Part shown: piece after piece, positions 52,759-64,000 of the stretch | How the letters are laid out: each line of letters opens with the position of its first letter | How positions within the stretch are numbered: position 1 is the first letter of the stretch | From: Octopus sinensis | Lineage: Eukaryota | Direction of reading: 5' to 3' | Length of the DNA stretch: 64,000 nucleotides | Assembly: GCF_006345805.1 (NCBI RefSeq) | Contig: NC_042999.1 | Coordinates: 116,374,001 to 116,438,000, forward strand | Position numbers and translations under genes: made by a program | The notes under the pieces: generated by a model | What the model was told of the DNA's origin: nothing | Database searches by the model: none | The model's input: the letters and a program-made list of their open reading frames with translations, nothing else

Positions 52759-52912
52759 AATTTTGTTAACATCTTCGTTCGACTCCATTCTTTCATTTAT
52801 TCATATATATTATTATATATATATATATATATATATTAAATGTATTATAATATTACAGAATACAGGCTAATTCTCATGGTAGGTTAAAACATCAACTCTA
52901 CGGCAGATAGTA

Positions 52913-53478
52913 GGCAGCGAGCTGGCAGACTCGTTTGCATGCCGGGCGAAATGCTTAGTGGTATCTCGTCTGCCGTTACGTTGTGAGTTCAAATTCCGCC
53001 GAGGTCGCCTTTACCTTTCATCCTTTCGGGGTCGATAAATTAAGTACCAGTTAAGCACTGGGGTCGATATAATCGACTTAATACCTATGTCTGTCCATGT
53101 TTGTCCCCTCTATGTTTAGCCCCTGTGGGTAATAAAGGAATAGGTATCTCGTCTGCTGCTACGTTCTGAGTTCAAATTCCGCCGAGGGCGACTTTGCCTT
53201 TCATCCTTTCAGGGTCGATTAAATAAGTACCAGTTACGTACTGCGGTCGATATAATCAACTTAATCCGGTTGTCAGTTCTCGTTTGTCCCCTCTGTGTTA
53301 AGTCCCTTGTGGGTAGTAAAGAAATATGTATTTCTTCTGTTGCCATGTTCCGAGTGCAAATTCCGCCGAGGTTGACTTTGCCTTTCATCCTTTCGGGGTC
53401 GATTAAACAAGTACCAGTTACGTACTGGGATCGATGTAATCGACTTAATCCATGTGTCTGTCCTTGTTTGTCCCTTCT
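52913..53478 (+). mobile_element. SINE family B tandem array (one head plus three ~183-bp body units)
   Basis: Repeated ...gttcaaattccgccgagg...tcatcctttc(g/a)gggtcgat...gtttgtcccc units starting at about 52960, 53143 and 53327. Confidence 0.9.
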
Positions 53479-53693
53479 ATGTATGTATGTATGTATGTAT
53501 GTATGTATGTATGTATGTATGTATGTATGTATGTATGTATGTATGCATGTATGCATGTATGCATGTATGTATGTATGTATGTATGTATGTATGCATGCAT
53601 GTATGTACGTACATATGTACGTATGTATGTATGTAAGTATGTATACATTTATATATATACATATATGTATACATATATGTATAAATGCATGTG

Positions 53694-53741
<48 letters not shown>

Positions 53742-54063
53742 GTGTTGTAATTTAACAGACAGGCTAATTTTCATGGTAGGTTAAAACATCAACTCTACGG
53801 CAGATAGTAAGCTCTCTCATTATGTATCGCAGACAATCAACGTATTCGGCAGGTTATCAGAGATGTCCTGCCTTAAGGAAGCAATGATCGAAGATGAATT
53901 CAAATTCAGAGAAAGAAATAGTAAATGAATACAATGAAATAAAAAAAGATCAGAAAAAAATATATAAAATTAAAAAACGTGGTTTACCATAACGATTTGT
54001 TTACTGAAGTTTTTAAATGAATAAAGCATATGCTAATAATGAAGAGAATATAGATGGGTGTAA

Positions 54064-54111
<48 letters not shown>

Positions 54112-54289
54112 TTGTATGTATATTTTATATACGTATGAATGGTGATGTACAGTGAATGGTATATGTAACATGATTATGAAACAGCTGTAAACTAATGAAA
54201 TAAACATCTATAATTTCACTTCATTTTTATCTAGTTAATTTACACACACTCACACTTAGATAAGTTTCGGCCAGAATTGACCGACAGCA

Positions 54290-55190
54290 TGAATAACTTA
54301 AAAGCACCACCTGGAAAAGATATTCAACCATGTTTCATTTCACAGCCATACTTTGGGTACCTATCCCGTTAGAGTAAAGAGATATATCCGGGTATGGGTG
54401 GTTTTTTTGCGGAATATGTTGAGTAATTCGACCAGGAACCGTTTGAATGTTATGGGTGTCATTTTGTCTTGGAATGACGTTAAAGAGAGCAAGTCCAGTT
54501 GACGTAAAATAGTTCTGCCTTAGTATTGGAATGTGCCGTGAGCGAGCGAGATTTTCTGAAAGGGCGGATGGCACGGGGACCAAGCCTTGGGGGAATTTTG
54601 AAGTTGATTCCAACATCATTTGAGCAATGTTGATGGACTATTTTCATGTCATAAGAATGATATAGCACTTGCAACGGCGTTGGTGGGGGTGGGGAATAGC
54701 ATTTGAGCTTGTCGAGCAGATATCAATAATAGATATTGTCATGTCATTTTTTCTCATCATTTTTTTTTTTACGTGATTGACCTTTAGGATGCTTTAATTT
54801 TTATAATACCTTATTTCGTGTGGGGAAACCGTAGCGGCAACAGCATTCAAGGTGAAGATGGGAGAAGGTAGTGAAGAGAATGATGATATTAGGACTATCC
54901 TTAGGCTAGAAACTGCTTAGGCCATGTCAGCTTTGCTGTTCATGTAGGCACTTCAGCTTCAGTTGTTATCGACAACTAGTGTAAAATCTCTCGTGGAGTT
55001 TAATGCCACAAAGATTTCGCTAGAAGGAATCTTGTACAATCTTAAGTACCTCTTTTCCGAAGTGGTCTATTCTTTTTTTAGCTGCATAGTATCCATTTTC
55101 GCCCATAAGATAAGAGAAAAAAATCCAATTGGAGATATGTCCGGTCTCCTACTCTATTGACGAGCTTCAGAATCTTAGTCATATGCAAAA
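54290..55190 (-). mobile_element. 3' portion of a CR1/L2-like LINE
   Basis: Minus-strand motifs ...VVDNN...MNSKADMA..., FTTFSHLHLECCC and GINFKIPPRLGPRAIRPFRKSRS...NYFTSTGLALFNVIP; a 3' stem-loop near 54260. Confidence 0.75.
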
Positions 55191-55258
55191 GCCCTTATGT
55201 TGCTGTGTTTGATGACATCAACGATACACACACAACACACACACACACACACACACAC

Positions 55259-55290
<32 letters not shown>

Positions 55291-55476
55291 AATATATATA
55301 TATATATATTATATATATATATATATTTAATGAAATGGATAATGAATTATCTTGTTACGGATTATTCAAAATTTAACCGATACCTGTGTGTAGCAAAAAT
55401 CACACCAGAAAAGACACGGTTGAGGTACGACCATGGGGTTCGCCCCCGTGCTTTAGCGCGGATAATTGAAGTTTTA

Positions 55477-55764
55477 TATATTTAGTGAAGGGAAGAAATG
55501 GAGCTGAACGAAGATTCTACAAAATTCCTTTTTATTATTTTCTACAATGTTTCAAAGGCTGCAAATTCCCAAATTCGGATTGAATAAGGAGACCATTCTG
55601 CAGCTTTCTCTTCAGGAAAATCCAGGAATTTAAAATCTCAAAACAAATGCGCAGCAAGCTTTTCGAACAAAACGCTCCCTAGGAGCCCATAGTAAAAATG
55701 GCACAAAACTGTCTCTCAATATGCGCTGACGTCAGATTCGTTCGGCTCCATTTCTTCCCTTCAC

Positions 55765-55771
<7 letters not shown>
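55477..55771 (-). mobile_element. PLE-type mini-element with ~38-bp terminal inverted segments and a hammerhead
   Basis: tatatttagtgaagggaagaaatggagctgaacgaa is inverse to ttcgttcggctccatttcttcccttcactaaatata. Confidence 0.7.
55537..55621 (-). ncRNA. Type I hammerhead ribozyme motif
   Basis: Minus strand reads AUUUUC CUGAAGA GAAAGCUGCA...UGCAGCCUUU GAAA CAUU GUA GAAAAU: 6-bp stem I, 9 of 10 pairs in stem II (first pair G-U), GUA site. Confidence 0.8.
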
Positions 55772-55806
<35 letters not shown>

Positions 55807-55809
55807 CTG

Positions 55810-55985
55810 TGGAGGCGCGTGGCTTAGGGCTAGGCTGTCATCATCATGATCGAAAGATTGTGGTGTCGATTCCTGGACCGGCGACGCGTTGTGTTCTTGA
55901 GCAAAACACTTCATTTCACGTTGCTCCAGTCCACTCAGCTGGCAAAAATGAGTAACGCTGTACTGGACTAGCGTCCCGTCCCGTA
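55810..55985 (+). mobile_element. SINE family C
   Basis: gtggaggcgcgtggcttag...gtgtcgattcctggaccg...tgtgttcttgagcaaaacacttcatttcacgttgctccagtccactcagctggcaaaaatgagta. Confidence 0.8.
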
Positions 55986-56366
55986 CATCTGTTTGTATTA
56001 GTATTCGTGTTTTTTTTTCGTAAGCTCTCCCTATATATATATTATATATATATTATATATATATATATATTATATATATATATAATATATATAAAGTGGA
56101 CCATAATATGACTTAAAAACCCGCTTCATTAAATTATGTTCTGGGCCCTACTCGGTGAGATCCATCTAAGTATATCAAAGTTTTAAGTTTTACATATGTA
56201 TATGTATATAGCCAATAGCAATTAATTGTATATTTGCGTATTTGCGGGCGTATTTTTGTATACATACACACATACACGCCTGCACGTACACATGTACATA
56301 CATACATACATACATACATACATACATACATACATACATACATACATACATACATACATACATACA

Positions 56367-56397
<31 letters not shown>

Positions 56398-56454
56398 GTA
56401 GGAGCGCACGTACACATACCCTAGATGAAAGTAAGCTAAAACCACCAGAGTGAT

Positions 56455-56690
56455 TTTAAAGCGGGGCGGATGTGGAAGTATAATGTGGTAGTATATTCGT
56501 AGTCATAAACTACGAATAAACACAACACTCTGCTGACGGATAACACATGCAACCCAGCCGAGATTTGTTTTGATATGTTTGTGTACTAGGTAACTATGGC
56601 AACTAGCGAGCGGACTACAAAGCTGCTTCTTTTGACCGAAATTTCCTACAACTGCTCGGTGGTGTAACTAAAGACATTGCGTGTGGGTGT
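56455..56690. promoter_or_regulatory. Candidate promoter with an RFX X-box
   Basis: A unique, CpG-richer island with a GC box GGGGCGGA (56463), GTAACTATGGCAAC (56590-56603, fits GTHNYYATRRNAAC) and ACTACAA (56614). Motif evidence only. Confidence 0.35.
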
Positions 56691-56832
56691 GTAAATGTGT
56701 ATATGTCTCCGTATTATACTCAGTATTTATATAATGCTTGTAGACGTTCGTATGTATGCATGAGTGTGTGTGTGTGTGAGTTTGTGTGTGTGGATTTGTA
56801 TGAATGTACATATTCACACTTGTACACGCATA

Positions 56833-56902
<70 letters not shown>

Positions 56903-56903
<1 letters not shown>

Positions 56904-57278
56904 GGAGTGGCCGTGTGGTAGTAGCTTGTTTCCAACCACATGGTTCGGGTTAGGTCCTACTGCGTGGCACCTTGGGCAAGTGTCTTCTACTATAGCCTCG
57001 GGCCGACCGAAGCACTGTGAGTGGATTTGGTAGACGGAAACTGAAAGAAGCCCGTCGTTATATATAATATGCGTGGTGTGTTTGTCCCCCAGCATTGCTT
57101 GACAAACCGATGCTGGTGTGTTTATGTCCCCGTTACTTAGCGGTTCGGCAAAAGAGACCGAGTAGAATAGTACTGGGCTTACAAAAGAATAAGTCCCGGG
57201 GTCGAGTTGCTCGATTAAAGGCGGTGCTCCAGCATGGCCGCAGTCAAATGTCTGAAACAAGTAAAAGAGTAAAAGAGT
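56903..57278 (+). mobile_element. SINE family A, full length
   Basis: Colinear with 50945-51352; tail gtaaaagagtaaaagag. Confidence 0.9.
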
Positions 57279-57304
57279 ATACACACACACACACACACAC
57301 ACGG

Positions 57305-57394
<90 letters not shown>

Positions 57395-57822
57395 CTATCT
57401 GGCACATATCGATGAACAAACTGACAAACAGACAAACAGACAGACAGATAGATATATATATGTATGTATATAGACGTGTGTGTGTGTGTTTGTATGCGTG
57501 TGTACGTGTGCGTTTGCAGACGCGTGCGTGGTGTGTTTTGTGAGTGATCACTCCTTCATAATTGCGCCAATACATACATACATATATACATACTTACATA
57601 CATACATATATATACATACATATCATACATACTTACATACATACATATACATACATACATACATATATATATATATATTTCTCAGTTGATAAAATATGTT
57701 AAATAAATTATGTTCTTTTCGTTTTGTATACGAAGATCTTCAAGGTACTTTGTAGCAATGATCTGGTTAAATTTGTAAGAGTTAATTTTGAGCAACCCGA
57801 TTATTATTTACCTGGACACCGA

Positions 57823-57882
<60 letters not shown>

Positions 57883-58247
57883 TGTATGTATGTATGTATG
57901 TATGTATGTATGTATGTATGTATGTATGTATGTATAAAATGAAAATTTGAAATAGAGTATGATTATCAGAAAAGTACGAAGAGAATATAAACACAATATT
58001 CCTCTCGTTGGCTATGGAAACGAGAGTCCAGCGTAGTATCGGCATGTTTGAAGTCCACAGACTTTAAAATCCATGATACTATTCTTCTGGGTTCACACAC
58101 ACACACATAGATACAAACACATGTGAGAGTATAATGTGAGTGCATGCATATGGGCTAGCATGGATGTCTGTGTCTGTCTATGTTTTTGCTTGTATATGTG
58201 TGTGTGTGTGCGTGCGTGTGTGTACTGCATATTTGCTTATACGCGGA

Positions 58248-58478
58248 CTCTTTTACTTGTTTCAGTCATTTGACTGTGGCCATGCTGGAGCATCGCCTTT
58301 AGTCGAGCAAATCGACCCCAGAACTTATTCTTTGTAAGCCTAGTACTTATTCCATCAATCTCTTTTGCCGAACCGCTGTGTTACGAGTACGTAAACACAC
58401 CAGCATCGGTTGTCAAGTGACGTTGGGGGCGGACATACATAGACACACAACATACACACACATACACACACAACACAC

Positions 58479-58528
<50 letters not shown>

Positions 58529-58700
58529 TTATAAATATATACGACGGGTTTCTTTCAGTTTTCGTCTACCAAATCCACTTACAAGGCTTTGGTCAGCCCG
58601 AGGCTATAGTAGAATACACTTGCCCAAGGTGCCACACAGTGGGACTGAACCCGAAACCATGTTGTCCGTAAGCAAGCTAATTACCACACAGCCACTCCTA
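58248..58700 (-). mobile_element. SINE family A, full length with internal (CA)n
   Basis: Colinear with 14392-14842. Confidence 0.9.
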
Positions 58701-59618
58701 CTCCTGTGAGATTTCACATAAAGATATGGATGTAGATATGTATAGGTACCTATATATGCATAATTGTATTTGTGTACGAATTCATAGAATCTGTATAGAA
58801 TTACCTATATATATATGCGGAGGCGTATGTTTTGGGTGTATCTCTGCGTGATTTGTTGTTGTCTAACTGCAGGTGATCCCTGGTCATGCTAACATGTAAA
58901 CAGTCAACCGATATACAATGTCTAATTATATTTCGCACAATGCTGTTGTCTGAGTATGTTGCAAACTCTCTATTGGCCAGTTTCTCCCTCTCCTTCCCTC
59001 TCTCGCTTTTAGCAGGCACATGCACAAACACATACATACATACATACGCACACACACACAATGTGTGTGTATATATATATATATATGAAAAGAGATTTTC
59101 CTAAAATGAAATATAATTACTATCTAAGAAAAACATTACCAATCTTTTGGAAGGTGTGCTTCAAATAAATGACAACGAAAGCGCTTACACACACTATGCA
59201 AATTTTCCGCCAAAAGGTTCGTGTTATTCTATTTTTCTAAAGAAGAAATCTTAAAAGAAAATCATTGGTTTTATTTGGAAATGGAATAAATTATGAAGAC
59301 ATCAATATTAATATCAATGAATTTAGGGTCCCTGAGAGGAAAAAAAGGTGGTTAGTGTAAGATTCGATATTCAGTATACCTATAGATACAGAACTGTTCT
59401 TACCACACAAACACGCCCGGAGAAGTCGTGTGCTGTGGTTTGGTGTGGTGTGAGTGGTGACCAAGATTTGTGGCAAGATATGAGCTAAGATCTCTATCAA
59501 GAACAAGGTTAGTTGATATATGAGTGGTGGTGAGAGAAAAGTCGGTCGAGATAAGTAATAGGTGAAAAAGAGGACAAAAGTAGCTATAGACATTAATACA
59601 GACGCACACTAAAACCAG

Positions 59619-59676
<58 letters not shown>

Positions 59677-60160
59677 TGTGTGTGTGTGTTTGTGTGTGTG
59701 TGTATGTGTATGGTGATAGTGGTGGGGTAGGACAATGAGCAAGCTGTCAGAAATAAAGAATTGCTTGGATATGAAAAGACAAACAAAAAACAGAAAGCCA
59801 AGAACCTAGGAGTGGTCAGAATTGTAATGACACAAGTAGTTCGGAGAAGGAAAGGTAGAGTGTAGTAGCTTTTAGCAAGAGGTGTGGACAGGTTGTGATA
59901 GTTGTTTTTGATTTAGGTACAAGACCAGAAGTTGTGAGAGGAGAGTGGTAGTCGAAAGCATCGACCCCCACCCTATAATACTGGTACTTTTGTTCTGTGG
60001 GTCTCTAAAGCAGTGGTTCCCAACCAATTAACCTATGGACCTCTTTGGTTTCTACTTTCCTCGGGTGGGCCCTCAAAGCCATTCAATGATTAAAAAATTC
60101 CTAATAATTAAATATTATCAGGAATTGTATTTAAAAAATAATTAAAATATTTTGTGTATT

Positions 60161-60535
60161 GCAGGCGTGGCTGTATGGTAAGAAGCTTGCTTCCCAAACA
60201 CATGGTTCCGGGTTCAGTCCCACTGCGTGGCACCTTGCGCAAGTGTCTCCTACTATAGCCTCGGGCCAACCAAACCCTTGTGAGTGGATTTGGTAGACGG
60301 AAACTGAAAAAAGCCTGGCGTACATATGTGTGTGTGTGTGTGTATTTGTGTCTGTGTTTGTCCCCGCCACTGTCGCTTTTTGGTGTGTTTACGTCCACGT
60401 AACTTAGCAGTTTGGCAGTAGAGACCGATAGAATAAGTACTAGGCTTACAAAGAATAAGTCTTGGGGTCGATTTGTTCGACTAAATGCGGTGCTCCAGTA
60501 TGGCTGCAGTCAAATGACTGAAACAAGTAAAAGAA
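60161..60535 (+). mobile_element. SINE family A inserted in a hAT MITE fragment that begins at 60011
   Basis: Full head and tail; the upstream cagtggttcccaacc... matches the MITE family at 60898 and 63429. Confidence 0.8.
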
Positions 60536-60897
60536 TTGTAGACGTATAAAGCAATTTTAATAATAATGTTCTCTTATGTTTTTTTTTTTTTTTTGTTTCG
60601 CTTCATACGGAAAAGCTTTAGATATCCGAAAGAAAAAAAAAAGCATTAAAGGATTGTGAATGTAATATTTCACTGCTCTGTTTTTAACACTTTGTTTTTC
60701 ACCCCTTAGACAAGTCGTAGTCAATCGGTGTCCATATGGCCCCTAGGGATTCACATAAGATTTTGTTAATATTTATAAGCCATAAATTGCTTTATACTTC
60801 TACAATTCGTACTGCCTCAGTCTACTCAGGCATAATAAGTTCCAGGGGTGTACTAATGCTCCAGCCCTTTCTCCCTTTCAGCTGCCATACCCTAGAT

Positions 60898-61211
60898 CAA
60901 GGTTTCTCAACCATGTTTTATCTATGCACCTCTTTGCCTACTATTTTATTCTGGTGGAGCCATTCGATGTTTAAAAACTTGTTTATCGAAACTGCTTTCA
61001 AAATTCCTATTTTGTTTTTCACACATCAACTTGCGTAGGTTGAACTATCTAAAATCTTAGGGAAAGAACTCTTTCCTGCAATACATACTAAAACAGACAT
61101 CTAAAGCAAATTTTTTTCAGTGGCCCTTAAAATACTATTGTGAATCCTTAATTTACTATTTTGTTGCGTGGACCCCTTGAATCTTATATGGACCCTAGTT
61201 GAGAAGCACTG
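60898..61211. mobile_element. hAT (Charlie-like) MITE
   Basis: Termini caaggtttctcaacc and gttgagaagcactg; 8-bp TSD ccctagat/ctctagat (NTCTAGAN type). Confidence 0.8.
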
Positions 61212-63428
61212 CTCTAGATGAACCATTATAACTAGGGTGAAAAAGGAGCGCGAGAGGTTATTTATGTTTACTGCAACAATAAAGGCACCGAAAATAATTG
61301 ACGAAAACATCCTACATCGTACCATGCTACACTCGCTCGTAAGTGACAGCTGTTCATACTTTTCATTTGTACTTCCCTCAAATGTGTAGCCTTATGCCAA
61401 TGTTAAATTTAGCGGTGAGATGACAAATTTGCTAATATCGGACAAAATACCTAGTGGTATTTAATTACTTCTTCTTACGTTCTGATTGCAAAACTTGCTT
61501 ACAAACTTAGTTAAATGAATAACATCCAAGTACTGAAATCGTGTTATTTGGCTAAGTGTCTCAAATACATAATATAATAGCGAGTTGAAAACCTTCGATT
61601 TACTGAAATTATCACAGCATGTTGAAGACAAGATTCTCCAAAGAGTTATTTAAAAGCAAGGCAAGTAACTCTGACAAGGGCAGTTGACTGAAATTTTGGA
61701 GGCATAAAGACGTTGAAAACTAGTCATGTTTCGGTCTAATTAGATCTCTTCAGTCATGCATTTAATATTCATTAAAAGAAAAAAAAGCAGGAAGACTTTT
61801 CGGAAAATAAAGACACAGATGAACCTAAGATCAGAACATGTTGCTTTTACCAGTTGTTTCTAAATACATCTGCCCCTAACTTCATTTTCTTTTAGCTTTC
61901 AAAAATTTCGATTTGCTATTATTACAGTTATCGCTCTGGATTGTTGGTTTTAGATTTAAACACACGAAGTTCTTTTTATATTTTAACTGTAAGGATAATA
62001 TCTAATAATCTCAGTTAATCTAGGTTTCTCAACTCATTATATTACCTATGTGAGGCTCAACGGTATGGCTATATTTAGTATTTAAGAACAACCCAATGAA
62101 ATATTTTCCCTTCAGCTGTAATATTGACATTGACATAATCAGCGTCAGTATACAGCTCCGTTATCTATTGTTTTCAATACAGCACATTCATAAGGAATTT
62201 CAGGACGAATACCGCAGTTACTGGCCCATCAACTGTGTACATACATGAAGTATGATATACAGATTGGTATTTTCATTTAATACAACCTCGATTATATATA
62301 CCAGATTTTATTTAGGCGTGCGGAGTGAGATGTCTGCTATTCGCAATACCAGAGAATATTCAGTTTCGAATATCAGAGGCAATGAATTCTCGTTTAAGCT
62401 TGTGAATAGCTGCAAATATACTTCATTAAAAAAAGCCCCAAAAAGTCGAAATGCATATGACGTTCACACTGGTTGCTGTTGGAGCGACTTTTCGTCTTTC
62501 TCCATTATTTCTTATGTAAACCCATAGGATATGTTATCTCCTGATGAATATCGCAGTAATTATCCTATTAAAGGTACATATACATTAAGTGTGATACATT
62601 GGTGGGTACAAGCACGCACGCACGCACACACACACACACACACACACACTCATACACACACACACACTCACGTACAGATACTATTATATAATCGTGCTTG
62701 TTTCTTTGCTGTTTTTGTCAAGCTAGTTATATATAAAATCAATTTAACATTAAACTGGAAGCTTATGCAATACTGTTTTGTGGAGTAAATATTTATTAGC
62801 CTTTGCGAAAAAGAAATTGACACGGATACCCAGGTTTCAGCTTGTTCACTTTCTTCAGACATTAATACACTTTGTCTCTGTTTGGCTTTATATAGGCTGA
62901 AGAAGATTGTTATTGTGGTCGGTGAATCAATCAATGAGATATTAAATAGGTGTGGTGTCGGTAGACAGGGAAAGTAATAAATGAGTAATAGAGGACGATA
63001 GTGGGGAAATAAGTTGATAGAAAGTTATGGTGAAGAGATTTATTTTGCTTTGATATTGGAATTTTATTGTTGTGTATGAACCCACCCTGACGTGAAAGAA
63101 AAGATGTAAACAGATGAGTTGTATTCAGGTCTCAACATTCTTTGCGTATAAAAATGGTTTTAGAGATATTTTAGATTAATCAAGAAATGGTTGGTCACTA
63201 TGTGTTGGTCAGACAGAAGTTGAATTTGGTATTGTTGTTATTAGCTTTCTATTAAAACATTTTAAGCTGGGTATTTAGGGACAGTTTGGTTTGATGAGAC
63301 CATGTTATAAATATTCATTGAGATTTTCAAAACTCTTTCTTTCTTTATTTATATTATACCCGGATATTTATGTTATATGTGGACAATTACGTAAATGTCA
63401 CTGCATGTTGTTTTCTATACGTCTAGAT

Positions 63429-63770
63429 CAGTGGTTCTCAACTGGGGTTCATATGGCCCCTAATGATCCTTATAAGGTTTTTGGAGGTCCACGCAACAAA
63501 ATAGTAAATTGGGTATCTACCATAGTATTTCTAAGGGCCTTGAAAAAATTGATTTAGATGTATTGATATTTTTTGCAAGAAACATGTTTCTTTCTCTAAA
63601 ATTTTCCATAGTTCAACCTACACATGATAATGTGTGAAAAACAAAATAGAAATTTTGAAAGCAGTTTCAATAAGACTAGTTTTTAAACATTAAATGACTG
63701 GGAGGAGGGGTCCACCAGATGAAAGTAGTAATCAAAAGGGTCCATAGATAAAAGTGGTTGAGAACCCCTG
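63429..63770. mobile_element. hAT (Charlie-like) MITE, same family as 60898 in the opposite orientation
   Basis: Termini cagtggttctcaac and gttgagaacccctg; TSD gtctagat/atccagat. Confidence 0.85.
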
Positions 63771-64000
63771 ATCCAGATGAATAAGGAAGGAAGATTCATT
63801 TTCTATTCTTATATGTGTGTTTAGGGATATATATATATACAATGTATAAAAATAGAAAGATACATGCATATCTACACATATACGTACTTATGTCCTTGCA
63901 TACACAATCACACACACACATATTCAAACGCGCGCGCGTATATGGCTATGTAGCCGCGAGCAGACGCAAATATCATCTCGGTCCTTCTGTTCATGACCTA

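Noticed and set aside
54255-54292. TTTC-GGCC...GACC pattern resembling a reverse-strand hammerhead
   Set aside because: There is no CUGANGA; the position fits the 3'-terminal stem-loop of the adjacent CR1-like LINE.
59280-59930. Possible 5' region of another PLE on the minus strand
   Set aside because: Only a vague resemblance, with no RT, endonuclease or ribozyme motif I can support.
62200-62605. CTGATGA at 62541 inside a weak ~340-bp-spaced direct repeat
   Set aside because: No GAAA in a compatible position on the same strand, and the repeat is too degenerate to call.

Overview
This is AT-rich eukaryotic DNA saturated with microsatellites ((TA)n, (CA)n, (TACA)n, (TAGA)n, (AAT)n) and interspersed repeats. 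The SINE and LINE repertoire resembles what I recall for Octopus (coleoid cephalopod); that assignment is inference. I find no intact host protein-coding gene, and nearly all ORFs in the track are translations of simple repeats. Recognisable content: three tRNA-headed SINE families, Penelope-like element (PLE) RT and GIY-YIG remnants, CR1-like and R4/Dong-like LINE pieces, three Tc1/mariner transposase remnants, hAT MITEs, a non-autonomous Helitron, a young foldback (MULE-like) element nested in a mariner MITE, and a 3.3-kb degenerate inverted repeat. The most notable signal is RNA structure. There are six canonical type I hammerhead ribozyme motifs in PLE-type repeats, plus five motifs whose hammerhead core strands occur in a non-circularly permuted order (NUH, then GAAA, then CUGANGA) with near-constant spacing and stems preserved across different sequences. 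Two of the latter sit in the direct repeats of one element, 705 nt apart. All ribozyme calls come from by-eye folding and are untested.
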